From an uncultured Candidatus Poseidoniales archaeon (lineage in GTDB: Archaea > Thermoplasmatota > Poseidoniia > Poseidoniales > Poseidoniaceae), in NCBI GenBank assembly GCA_905182125.1, contig CAJJAV010000011.1, positions 9,934-73,933 on the forward strand: DNA of 64,000 bases, written 5' to 3'. Of this stretch, positions 8,198 to 17,291 are shown piece after piece; position 1 is the stretch's first letter, and each line of letters starts with the position of its first letter. Below the pieces are notes generated by a model. It saw only the letters and a program-made list of their open reading frames with translations. It ran no database searches and had not been told where the DNA came from. Position numbers and translations under genes: made by a program.

Positions 8198-10720
8198 TCA
8201 CTCGTCTTCGTCTTTGCCTTCTTCCGCCTTGTTAATCTTGAGCGGGGTCATTCGACGAAGCGGTGTGAGCGTGGTTGTGGAGGCTTTCTCCTCATCCACA
8301 GTCTCTGCTTTGGCCTTTTCTCGATTGATGTTTGGTGGAGCACCGCGGGACTTTTTCGGCACCAGTTGCTTTGGCACAGGCGTGAGCAAAGCGGTCTTCA
8401 CCGTTTCAGGTTCACCAGCAGCCGTCAACACAGTGGTGATTGGGCGCATAACAGCAGTTTCTTCATCTGCAGCGGCAGGTTCGTCGACGATTGTTTGCAC
8501 TGCATCGATCTCTTGGGCCACAGCTGCCTCCAACTCTGCTGTTGATTCTGGAACCGACTCTTCGATGATCGGTGTTTCGACCTCGGAAGCCGGCAAAGGC
8601 ACGTCATCGATTTCAGGTGTTACATTTGGCTGGACCAGCTGTCCTGCAGGTTGCATGGGTGTTCTCACGACCTTGGGCTGAATGGGTTGAACCAGTGTTG
8701 GAGCGCTGTTGGGTCCCAATGGGGATTTGATTGGCTTCACCAGAGGGGTACCTGGCATTGTCAGTGGCTTGGAACTCGAAGGGGCCCGCATACCAGCAAG
8801 TCCCATGCGTGATGGCTGAGGGGCTTGTCCAGCGAGCATGCCACGCATTGGTCGTCCTGCTGCTGCACCAAGTGCATCTGGGCGTGCGCCCAAAGCAGAC
8901 GGATCCATGGTCGCCGATGCTTGGCCTGGGGCGTTTTGACCAGAGATGGATTGCATCCACATCTGTCGCTTCTCGGCACGGGTATCGGTGGATTGGAGTT
9001 CGTTGAATTCAGATTCTCGCGATTGATAATCTTGTTCTGCGTCGTCGAGTTCGCCTTGCACTTGCTTTGTGACTGCGTCTCGCATTTTGTCCTCTGCCAT
9101 TTCCTTGAAGGCGTCCATCTTTTCAGTGAGCCCTTGCAAACGGTTGCGGATTTCTGCACGCTTGAGGCCGAGTTGGGCTTCGATCTCAGCACGAATGTGG
9201 GCCTCCCGCTTTCGAACATCGATGAGGGCTTTGTTACGCATGATTTCTTCACGCTTGTCGAGTTGACGCTCGAGTTGAACCGCCACTTCCTCTTGCTTGC
9301 GTTCCCTGAAGGTGTTGAGACGTTCTTCCATGTCAACTTCGAGTTCGAGGGAGGTTTCTTCCTTGAGCATGTCCAAGTCGGTTTCGAACGTCAAACGCTC
9401 ATTGCGCAATCCTGCATCCACTTCAGACATGATGGCTTTGCGAGCTGATGCTTCACGGGATTGGAATTCGAGTTCGAGGCGTTCGGACCAATCGATCTTC
9501 TTCGAATCATACTGATCTTCAAGCTGCGTTCGTAGTTCTGCTTCTCGTTCGTAGCGGAACCTTGCGAGGCGGTTTTGGATTTCTGCCTCTCTTGCACTTC
9601 GGTAGGAGGTAAACTCTTCATCCATACGGTGTTCAAGTTCGACTTCCACATCGGATTTGAGCGTTCGAGAGATGTCATCGATTGCTTTGGAGAAGGTAAT
9701 ATCGTACTTTTCCCGTAGCCTTGACTTCCGTTCAGCAAGTCGTTCTGAATGACGTGCTTGGAGTTGCGCCTCGATTTCAACACGAAGTTCATCACGGCGT
9801 CGAGCGATAGCGAGTTCAATATCTTCGCGCATTCGTTCTTCGAGATCATCGGTTTCTTGACGAAGTCGTCCTTCCAGTTCTGATTGCAGTTGTTCGGCAA
9901 TGTCCTCTTCCAAGCGAAGGCTGCGACGTTCGTATTCGGACTTCAAACGTGCTTCTCTCTGCTTAAGACGAGTGCGCAATTGTTGCTCAAGACGGGTACG
10001 AATACCGCGACGGAGTTGTTCTTCTCTTTCCGCTAGACGGGCGCTGTGGCCTTCTTCTAACCGGGAGATTTCACTGGTTTCCATTTCGGTGAACCGGTGT
10101 TCCATTTCATCATGGATATCGGCTTCAATCTCCCGAATCCGATGTTGGAGTTGTTGGTTGAAATCGAGCGAAAGTCGTTCCTTTTGAATGTCGAGACGCT
10201 GTCGGTGCTCATCGTGAAGTTGAGCCTCGATTTGGGCTTTGAGTTGATCTCGATGTTCGTCAAGTCGACGGTCTTGTTCAACTTCAAACTGGTCACGCAT
10301 GGCATCCAATTGACGGTTGAGTCGGAGATCGAGTTCACTGCGCATGCGGGATTCTTCACGAGCAAGAGCGTCATGCTCAAGCATGCTCAAATCCTGTTCC
10401 ATAGCTTCCCGCATTTCTTTTTCGAGTTGATCCAGGGTCAGTTCGTGTTGAACCGCAAGGTCAGCTGCAAGAGCTTCTTGCATGACTGAGACGCGTTCGG
10501 TGATCGCTTGTTGACGCAGGCGGCGTTCACGACGTAAATCGGCACGAAGGCGCTCCTCTTGTCGGAATCGAGCAGACGTCATTGTTGCTTGGTCGAGGGA
10601 ACTGGTCGGCGTTGAAGTGAATTGTGAACGGAGGGCTGAAAGCGCGACTGTGTCCGCATTTTCACGCTTCTTGCGTGCTGCATCGAGTACCTCAGTACTC
10701 TTGCTTGCGCTCGGTATCAT
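8198..10720 (-). CDS. Long coiled-coil protein with Pro-rich low-complexity tail
   Basis: 840-aa ORF; roughly 500 aa of E/R/L/Q-rich helical sequence without Pro, then a P/A/T/E-rich tail; no TM or P-loop seen. Confidence 0.85.
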   Translation of the reverse strand: MIPSASKSTEVLDAARKKRENADTVALSALRSQFTSTPTSSLDQATMTSARFRQEERLRADLRRERRLRQQAITERVSVMQEALAADLAVQHELTLDQLEKEMREAMEQDLSMLEHDALAREESRMRSELDLRLNRQLDAMRDQFEVEQDRRLDEHRDQLKAQIEAQLHDEHRQRLDIQKERLSLDFNQQLQHRIREIEADIHDEMEHRFTEMETSEISRLEEGHSARLAEREEQLRRGIRTRLEQQLRTRLKQREARLKSEYERRSLRLEEDIAEQLQSELEGRLRQETDDLEERMREDIELAIARRRDELRVEIEAQLQARHSERLAERKSRLREKYDITFSKAIDDISRTLKSDVEVELEHRMDEEFTSYRSAREAEIQNRLARFRYEREAELRTQLEDQYDSKKIDWSERLELEFQSREASARKAIMSEVDAGLRNERLTFETDLDMLKEETSLELEVDMEERLNTFRERKQEEVAVQLERQLDKREEIMRNKALIDVRKREAHIRAEIEAQLGLKRAEIRNRLQGLTEKMDAFKEMAEDKMRDAVTKQVQGELDDAEQDYQSRESEFNELQSTDTRAEKRQMWMQSISGQNAPGQASATMDPSALGARPDALGAAAGRPMRGMLAGQAPQPSRMGLAGMRAPSSSKPLTMPGTPLVKPIKSPLGPNSAPTLVQPIQPKVVRTPMQPAGQLVQPNVTPEIDDVPLPASEVETPIIEESVPESTAELEAAVAQEIDAVQTIVDEPAAADEETAVMRPITTVLTAAGEPETVKTALLTPVPKQLVPKKSRGAPPNINREKAKAETVDEEKASTTTLTPLRRMTPLKINKAEEGKDEDE

Positions 10721-10873
10721 CGTATCCCATCCAGTCTTTCATGCCCGTCTCATCATAGATAAGGAGCGCGACGAGCGAGGGCCGCAACAAGGCGTTTTTG
10801 CGGGGGTTTTTTGCCGACCAAACAATTGTCGAGCGGCATCAATGCAGATGGAGAAAGCGCTTACAATCCGTGC

Positions 10874-11266
10874 TCAGAACTTGACGGTAAAGGCGGTGCT
10901 GCAGGCTGGACAATCGATTCTTCGAGCACCAGGTTTCCTCTTCATACGCAATTGACGGTCGCAACCTGGGCACGTAATTTCCACTTTGGGGGTGTTTGGT
11001 GTGAGGGTGAAGTGGTGGGTGCATGAGGCACACTTGAGATGGGCTGGTCGCTTGTCAACGCCAACGATCAGCACTTTGCCACATTCAGGGCAACCGACTT
11101 TTTCTTCCTTCCACTTGCGACGGGTGATCGGGTGATCGATTCGAACCTTAGCAGAGCAAAGGGTGCATTGTAAATCGCCGAGACCGCTTGGCAACATGCC
11201 TTCGCATTTAGGACAACTAAGGGCCGGTGGTGCGACACGAGATTCAACGGTTGACTCTTCGCTCAT
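10874..11266 (-). CDS. Triple zinc-ribbon protein
   Basis: Six CxxC motifs (CPKC, CTLC, CPEC, CASC, CPGC, CPAC) in three repeats; GAGG upstream. Confidence 0.8.
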   Translation of the reverse strand: MSEESTVESRVAPPALSCPKCEGMLPSGLGDLQCTLCSAKVRIDHPITRRKWKEEKVGCPECGKVLIVGVDKRPAHLKCASCTHHFTLTPNTPKVEITCPGCDRQLRMKRKPGARRIDCPACSTAFTVKF

Positions 11267-11314
11267 GGACTCGCCTCTGTGTCTTTGTTCTTGATTTCTT
11301 GCACTCTGGGCAAC

Positions 11315-11821
11315 TCAGCGTTTCTTTGCAATAAGGACGATGCTCTCTGGCAGAAAGTTCCACGGTAGATCGAGAATGATGCCATGTTGTTGGGCCAACA
11401 CTTCGAGCATTTTCTTTGCACCGACTTGATCCCTCGACCCGCCCAGTTGAATCACACGAACATCGCCACCGGCATCAACTGCGCTTTGTACCGCTGCTGG
11501 CACAGAGCCACCGGAACTCAATGCCTGACGATTGACGGAGGTTGCGCTCTGAGTGCCTGGCGAGGCATGAAGGAGTTCTGGAAGTTCGACCTTGGCAGAA
11601 ACCCGCCACCATCGTGCCCTTCCTTGATCTCGATGGTTCTCCACCAAACCGAGCGAAGCGAGTTTTTTCATGTGATGGTAGAGGTTGTAGCGGTCGACTT
11701 CGAGTTGAGTTTCAATTTGCACAGTGCTGAGCTCTTCTGCATGTGAGAGCGCAAGGTAGACTGCGCGACGGGTGGGGTGCGCAAGTGCGGTCGTGACAGG
11801 GTCTGCTCGTACTCTGGCCAT
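11315..11821 (-). CDS. ArsR-like winged-helix transcriptional regulator
   Basis: ALAHPTRRAVY...LYHHMKKLASLGLV...GRARWW. Confidence 0.8.
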   Translation of the reverse strand: MARVRADPVTTALAHPTRRAVYLALSHAEELSTVQIETQLEVDRYNLYHHMKKLASLGLVENHRDQGRARWWRVSAKVELPELLHASPGTQSATSVNRQALSSGGSVPAAVQSAVDAGGDVRVIQLGGSRDQVGAKKMLEVLAQQHGIILDLPWNFLPESIVLIAKKR

Positions 11822-11879
11822 ATGCTCACCGTTTGGGAAGAGTCGACTCTATGGTTTGAAGATGTCGCGTCAAATGGGC

Positions 11880-14582
11880 CTAGGAAGCAAGTCGTTCTCG
11901 TAACAACGTGAAGGATGTTTTTGTATCGCGCCACAGCGAAATGAAGATGTTCTTCAAGAGCGAGAGACCGCCGTCAGAACCTGCCAAACGTGCTCCATTG
12001 AGGATGACAAGAATCACAGAGGCTTCGTGAATCAGAACCCCCACCCACAATTCATCGTACATCTGATTGATGACCGCCCCTACCAGTGCCAATGTGATGC
12101 CAACTGTGATGACAAGATTGCCGATTAAGATGCGTTGGGCGCGACGGGCGAGGTCGATTAATTCGGTCAGCATTTGAGGGTCATCGCCCGGTATGAGCAC
12201 ATCGGCTGCCTCGAGATTGACTGTTTCTCCACTCCCAACAGCGACCCCTACATCTGCGACAGCAAGTGCTGCTGCGTCATTAAAGCCGTCACCAACCATC
12301 ATTGTGATTTTTGTGTCTGAACGGTTCTTGACCCATTCGACCTTTTGTTCAGGTGAGAGACCACCATGGGCCGAGGCTTCGGGTAACCCAACACTCTTTG
12401 CAAATGCATGCACTGCTGACTGATTGTCGCCAGATAGAATTTCAACACTGATCCCACGTTCAAACAAAGAAGAAATCAGTGTAGCGCTGCCATCCCTTGT
12501 ATCGTCGTGAATGAAGCTGAACAAGGCAAGTGCTTCACCGTCCCTGGTAAGCAAACTGGCCCCATGCCCCTTTGATTCAACATCAGCATAGGCCTGTGCA
12601 AGTTCCTTTCCAACGGTGATGCTGAGGTCCTTGAAGCGGTCATAGCGAATGAAGGCTATTTCCTTTCCAGCGACTTTTCCAAGGACGCCTGCTTCAATGT
12701 CAGCAAGAGCATTGACCTTTGTCGGCTCAAGACCCTGATTGCGAACATAATCCATGACCGAAAGAGCGTAAGGATGCGAAGATCGGGCCTCCAAACCGGC
12801 TGCCAACTTCAGTGCGATGTCTTTTCGTTTACCTTTCGCAAACACGACTGTACCGACCCTTGGTTTCCCAGATGTCAATGTGCCTGTTTTGTCAAGCAAG
12901 ATGTGATTGACTTTCGAAAGCCGTTCGATGACATCCCCGCCGCGGGCGATGGCCCCTATGTGGGCTGAGCGTGCCAACGCTGCTGCGTGTGGTACTGGGG
13001 TTGCCAAGAGCAAAGCGCAAGGACAGGCAACAACCCAGATCAGGAGAATAATTTTCCAGTCATCCGGGAACATAGCCCACCAAATAACAAAGGCCCCGAA
13101 CAAAACCACGGGCACCCATATCGCCGTGAAACGTTCGATGAGGTTATGCAACCGTGGCGGCTCCTCGCGGAAGGTGTGAACCGCCTCGATGAGGCCTGAC
13201 AAACGAGTGTCCTCGCCAACTGCTGAAACCTCAATCACAACAGGACCTCGTGCGAGCACGAGGCCTGCTTGAATTTCGTCACCTTCGGAAATTTCGACTG
13301 GGACGGATTCTCCGGTAAGAGGGGCCTTGTCCAAAGCCCCGTAGCCTTCGACGACCTTTCCATCTGCTGGAATCAGTTCCCCACTTCGAATTTCTATTTT
13401 GTCCCCTTTCCTTACAAGTTCAATGGGCACTTCCTCGTATTCCGCATTGGGGTCGGGTAGGGCACAACCATCGGCACCTAACAACGGAGCAGGCGCAGCC
13501 ATGGACAAAGAAAACGTCCCAGATGATACGGCCGAGGCAATACCAGTCTTCGATGACGAGACCCCTGTGAGTTTACGTGCTTTTCTCGGCAGTCGATCAA
13601 GACCGCCCTGCATGGCATTTCGTGCCTGAAGCAGCGCATCGCCTTCGAGATGAGCGGTGAAAGCGACCAGTATTGCGACGATCAACGCTTCCTCCCACAT
13701 ACCGAGACTGGCTGCACCGATCACAGCCAGACTGGTCAGAACTTGGAACCCCATTTGCCGATTGACTAAACTTGCAAACGCTTCTTTGAACATTTGACTG
13801 CCGCCGATGATCAACCCCGGAATGGCGATGACGCCGAGCAGTGCGTGGGGCCATCCCAGAATTTCTCCTAAGATGACGACGGCCAAAATCGGCAAGGCGA
13901 TACCACCGCCGATCAAACGCCATTGGTCAGGCCGAATCCGATTCGAGGTTGCAGGAATCAAGTTGACTGGCGAACCTGTGATGCGTTCAAGAGCCATGTT
14001 GCGCTTGTCCAAAAGTTCGGCCGATGCGTCAGGTGCGAGTTGAATGATAATTCGATCGTCGTCGCTTAGTTCAACATCCAGGACACCTGGTTGCTGCCGG
14101 AACAATTTGGTGAGCTTTCGGCGTTCGATTCCATTCCGAGTTGCAACTGCAGATGCTTTGACTCCTGAGAGTTCGAGGTGATCCACATCTGGAGCATGCC
14201 CGAGGGAACGCAGCACGGAGGAAACCTCCGCTACATGGCCATATTCTAAATCAACCTTGAATCGAACCGTGCCTGCCGTCGCTGAAACATGGATATCGTT
14301 GGCTTGATGCAATGTATCAAGCGCCCGAGTCGCCTTGCTAGCGCAATCCGGACAATCCATTCCAAGGAGAGGCCAACCGAGTTCATACGTACCAGTGGCT
14401 TGCTCAACGATGACGGCGTCAATGACTTCTGCATCCAAGACTTGTCCCCCCGCAGTTTGAGCCGCCTTTTTTGAGGGCTGCTTTTTCTTAGAAACTTGCT
14501 TTTTGGCAGGTTTCGATGGCTTGGGTGCGGAGGTTTCTTCCTCAAGGGAAAGGAAGACTTCGTCATCTCCCTTCCTAGCCAT
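11880..14582 (-). CDS. Heavy-metal-translocating P1B-type ATPase
   Basis: GMDCPDC HMA domain, LTGES, CPC, DKTGTLT, SSHP, MVGDGFND and TM HEAS; start placed at MARKGDD (14582). Confidence 0.93.
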   Translation of the reverse strand: MARKGDDEVFLSLEEETSAPKPSKPAKKQVSKKKQPSKKAAQTAGGQVLDAEVIDAVIVEQATGTYELGWPLLGMDCPDCASKATRALDTLHQANDIHVSATAGTVRFKVDLEYGHVAEVSSVLRSLGHAPDVDHLELSGVKASAVATRNGIERRKLTKLFRQQPGVLDVELSDDDRIIIQLAPDASAELLDKRNMALERITGSPVNLIPATSNRIRPDQWRLIGGGIALPILAVVILGEILGWPHALLGVIAIPGLIIGGSQMFKEAFASLVNRQMGFQVLTSLAVIGAASLGMWEEALIVAILVAFTAHLEGDALLQARNAMQGGLDRLPRKARKLTGVSSSKTGIASAVSSGTFSLSMAAPAPLLGADGCALPDPNAEYEEVPIELVRKGDKIEIRSGELIPADGKVVEGYGALDKAPLTGESVPVEISEGDEIQAGLVLARGPVVIEVSAVGEDTRLSGLIEAVHTFREEPPRLHNLIERFTAIWVPVVLFGAFVIWWAMFPDDWKIILLIWVVACPCALLLATPVPHAAALARSAHIGAIARGGDVIERLSKVNHILLDKTGTLTSGKPRVGTVVFAKGKRKDIALKLAAGLEARSSHPYALSVMDYVRNQGLEPTKVNALADIEAGVLGKVAGKEIAFIRYDRFKDLSITVGKELAQAYADVESKGHGASLLTRDGEALALFSFIHDDTRDGSATLISSLFERGISVEILSGDNQSAVHAFAKSVGLPEASAHGGLSPEQKVEWVKNRSDTKITMMVGDGFNDAAALAVADVGVAVGSGETVNLEAADVLIPGDDPQMLTELIDLARRAQRILIGNLVITVGITLALVGAVINQMYDELWVGVLIHEASVILVILNGARLAGSDGGLSLLKNIFISLWRDTKTSFTLLRERLAS

Positions 14583-14618
14583 GGCTAACGGGGGAACGCC
14601 GCCCCAATTAATGCCTAT

Positions 14619-14810
14619 GCCGAAGTACGAACCGGAGAGGGGCCATCCCACGGGTTCAGAGACCGGCCTTAGGTGTCGTAAAACTCCAGTTCCCGCAACC
14701 ACAGCCACTGGTTTGACAGGAAGGCCCTGTTGGCTTGGCAACAACCTCCCTGTGTTTTTCTTTTTGGCTGTACGGAGGTTCATGTTTTTCGGTCTGCCCA
14801 CCATCAGAGT
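14619..14810. ncRNA. Candidate structured RNA or leader of unknown class
   Basis: Nested complementary segments GGCCTT/AAGGCC, TGTC/GACA, CCAGT/ACTGG, GAACC/GGTTC and AACCTCC/GGAGGTT, plus loop-loop ACAGCCA/TGGCTGT, in the longest intergenic gap. Confidence 0.4.
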
Positions 14811-14870
14811 AACATTTCAAAGTAAAATAATATAATCGACATCAGCTCTTAATAATTAAAATCCAAGATT
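14811..14870. promoter_or_regulatory. AT-rich divergent promoter region
   Basis: AAAGTAAAATAATATAAT and TTAATAATTAAAAT, unusually AT-rich for this window; TATA-like words on both strands between divergent genes. Confidence 0.55.
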
Positions 14871-14933
14871 AGGATGATGGCCCGCCCCTGTATGAATGCG
14901 AATCTTTAGGGCTACTTCTTTCCTCGCAAGTTC

Positions 14934-15659
14934 ATGCAGTGGCTTCCCGAAGGTTGGCGACCAAAGGTTGTCGCTGTCGATATCGATGGCACCCTCACGG
15001 ACGGGAAAAAACAACTGGACACCGGTGCAGTTGAATCACTGCGAAGGCTTGAGGCTGCAGGAATACCGGTTGTGTTGGCTACCGGGAACGTACGCGCCAT
15101 CACCTATGGACTCTGGCGTTTTCTCAATTTGAGCGGTCCAATTTGTTGTGAAAACGGTGGTGTTCTTTGGCACAAATCTTGGGATGGGCCCATCGTACGC
15201 GCTGATGGCAAGGAAGCGAAGAAGGCTGCTGAGTGGCTATCTGAAGTTATTGAAGGCCTTGACTCAGGTGGAATCCAAACCAATGATTGGCGTGAAAGCG
15301 AATGGTGCTTGTTTCCCGATGAAGATCTTGCTGCTGTTCAACAGCACATTCAGGCCAGTGAATGGTCCCATCTTTCCGTAGTCCGTACTGGCTTTGCAAT
15401 CCATTTGATGGAACCGCACCTCTCAAAAGGAACTGGATTGGAGGTCATGTTCGAAAAAATGGGCTGGGCGGCGAGTGATTTGCTTTGTGTTGGGGATGCC
15501 CCTAATGATTTGCCAATGTTTGATTTTGCTCATTGGTCAGTTGCGGTCGGTGGCGCGTTTGAAAGCGTCAATGATGCTGCTGATGTCATATCTCCGTTCC
15601 CACACGGAGCCACGTTCACGCCCCTCGTCGATGCTATTTTGCAGGCAAAGGAAATCTGA
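14934..15659 (+). CDS. HAD-IIB hydrolase, archaeal phosphoglycolate phosphatase-like
   Basis: AVDIDGTLT, LATGN, CENGG, SKGTG, VGDAPND. Confidence 0.9.
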   Translation: MQWLPEGWRPKVVAVDIDGTLTDGKKQLDTGAVESLRRLEAAGIPVVLATGNVRAITYGLWRFLNLSGPICCENGGVLWHKSWDGPIVRADGKEAKKAAEWLSEVIEGLDSGGIQTNDWRESEWCLFPDEDLAAVQQHIQASEWSHLSVVRTGFAIHLMEPHLSKGTGLEVMFEKMGWAASDLLCVGDAPNDLPMFDFAHWSVAVGGAFESVNDAADVISPFPHGATFTPLVDAILQAKEI

Positions 15660-15736
15660 ACCGGCTTGGCTGCCTCAACGTTGGGGCATCTTTGAAAAAC
15701 AGCAATTCATATAGTGATTCAATCGATGGGAACATC

Positions 15737-15970
15737 ATGGCTCTGGTATGTAACATCGACGCTGCAGGAAAGGCGGCCCGCCTCAAGGGCGGAATTGTGG
15801 CTACGCTTGGTGGAGTGCTCGTTGGAGCAATCACACTTGCAGAAGTTGTTCAAGGCCCCGTTTGGTGGCTGATCACGGCAGGGGCTCTCTTCGGTGGTGC
15901 CTTTGCAATCTTTGAAGCTCGAGCCGGTTGGTGCGTCGTTCGTGCCATGGGCATTCGAACGCCCTTGTGA
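15737..15970 (+). CDS. Small two-TM membrane protein (DUF2892-like)
   Basis: CNID...RL, two hydrophobic helices, GWCVVRAMGIRTP. Confidence 0.65.
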   Translation: MALVCNIDAAGKAARLKGGIVATLGGVLVGAITLAEVVQGPVWWLITAGALFGGAFAIFEARAGWCVVRAMGIRTPL

Positions 15971-15973
15971 GCA

Positions 15974-17026
15974 TCATTCGTATTCGATGAGCGATTCGTC
16001 CTCATTGCGACGGTGGAAGGCAACGCCAACTAATGTCAGAAGTAAAATCGACTCCAGTCCACTCACAGGTGAGGGAAGCACTTCCGAAATCATTGATTCC
16101 TCTTCAATCAACGACTCGCCGGTGTGCCATTCAAGTGGTTCGTAATCTCCAATCTCGATCATAAACCAGTCCAGATCCCGAGGGAGGGATTCCGTCAGGA
16201 ATTCATGACCTTCTTGATTGACTAAGAAATCATCTTCAATTCGTACACCAAACCAACCGTCGAGGTAAATCCCGGGTTCGATGGTGATCGCATCCCAAAC
16301 GGCGAGGGGTTGTTCATTGTAAGACAGACCAAACAAGGGGTCGTCTGTCCCTCCAGAAAGCAACGGAGGTTCGTGAACACAGATGCCAAAACCATGACCT
16401 AAACTGTGGATGAAGTATTCACCATAGCCTTGCTCTTCAATGTGGGTTCGAGCAATGTCATCGGGCAGCCACGCTGGTGTGCCTGCCTCAATAACTGGGA
16501 AGGTGAGGTTTTGGGCATCATAAACAGCCATGTAGACTTCGATGATTGTTTCATTTGTGGTTGGCCCCACGATGTACGATCGAGTGACGTCGCTGACCCA
16601 ATCGTTCACGCGTGCCCCCAAATCAACCACCACGACATCGCCCACCTGGACAAACGTTGGTCCAGCGCCGTTGTTCTCTGGATCCCCGTGTGGAATCGCG
16701 CCATTGGCGCCACTGGCTACGATGGTATCGAAGCTCTTCCATTCTGGGTTTGAACCGTTTTCTTCCATAGCCCGATCGATTTCTTGGGCTATTTCAAGTT
16801 CCGTGAATTGTTCACCGGAAAGAACACGCCACAGCATGTAACGCGCTGTTTCGTGACCGATGCCGGCCAGTCGAGTCGTTTCTCGGATTGATTCATCTTT
16901 GTCAGGTGAGATGCCGGTTGGTGAGGGGAATTTTCCAACCAGCGCATTTGCTGCTTCTGTCTCACATGCGGATACTGCCGGTGCAAACACCAGCAACCCA
17001 ACCAGAAGAAGAGCAACGCCTCGCAT
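15974..17026 (-). CDS. Secreted/anchored M24-family Xaa-Pro peptidase
   Basis: VDLG, SDVTRS, HSLGHG, TIEPG and RIED metal ligands; signal peptide; C-terminal TM + HRR. Confidence 0.88.
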   Translation of the reverse strand: MRGVALLLVGLLVFAPAVSACETEAANALVGKFPSPTGISPDKDESIRETTRLAGIGHETARYMLWRVLSGEQFTELEIAQEIDRAMEENGSNPEWKSFDTIVASGANGAIPHGDPENNGAGPTFVQVGDVVVVDLGARVNDWVSDVTRSYIVGPTTNETIIEVYMAVYDAQNLTFPVIEAGTPAWLPDDIARTHIEEQGYGEYFIHSLGHGFGICVHEPPLLSGGTDDPLFGLSYNEQPLAVWDAITIEPGIYLDGWFGVRIEDDFLVNQEGHEFLTESLPRDLDWFMIEIGDYEPLEWHTGESLIEEESMISEVLPSPVSGLESILLLTLVGVAFHRRNEDESLIEYE

Positions 17027-17177
17027 GAAACGACGAGGTGCTACCCCGTCATCAAGTAAACGGGTGCGGTCCCGCTGATTGCATCGCCATTCAAAGGTTG
17101 GTTTCGTTGTCCAAATCAGCGCATGCAGCCGCACAATCATGCATAGAAGCGCAGCATGGAATTCCGCTTAGAAGAAG

Positions 17178-17259
17178 TGCCGGGGGCAGGATTCGAACCT
17201 GCGAAGCTTTACGCAGAGGATCTTGAGTCCACCCCCTTTGACCGCTCGGGAACCCCGGC
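17178..17259 (-). tRNA. tRNA-Leu(CAA)
   Basis: GCCGGGG...CCCCGGC-A acceptor stem, D-loop AGCGGTCAAA, anticodon loop CTCAAGA, variable arm, GGTTCGAATCC; no encoded CCA, no intron. Confidence 0.95.
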
Positions 17260-17291
17260 TTGTGTTCTCCGCTCGGACCTCCTGTTCTTGA

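Noticed and set aside
8198-10720. SMC/Rad50 protein
   Set aside because: No Walker motifs, hinge or zinc hook.
14619-14739. 5S rRNA, SRP RNA or RNase P RNA
   Set aside because: Size and three-way shape are 5S-like, but the CCGAAC loop C and a correctly placed loop E are missing; no SRP helix-8 or RNase P conserved motifs were seen.
14640-14750. Canonical cobalamin riboswitch
   Set aside because: GCCACTG/GGAAGGC and CCCGCAAC are present, but the AGGGAA junction, the T-loop P4 and the B12 box (RAGYCRGRAGACC) are not, and the downstream plus-strand gene is a HAD phosphatase.
14811-14870. Replication origin
   Set aside because: AT-rich, but no convincing ORB repeats and no cdc6/orc1 gene nearby.
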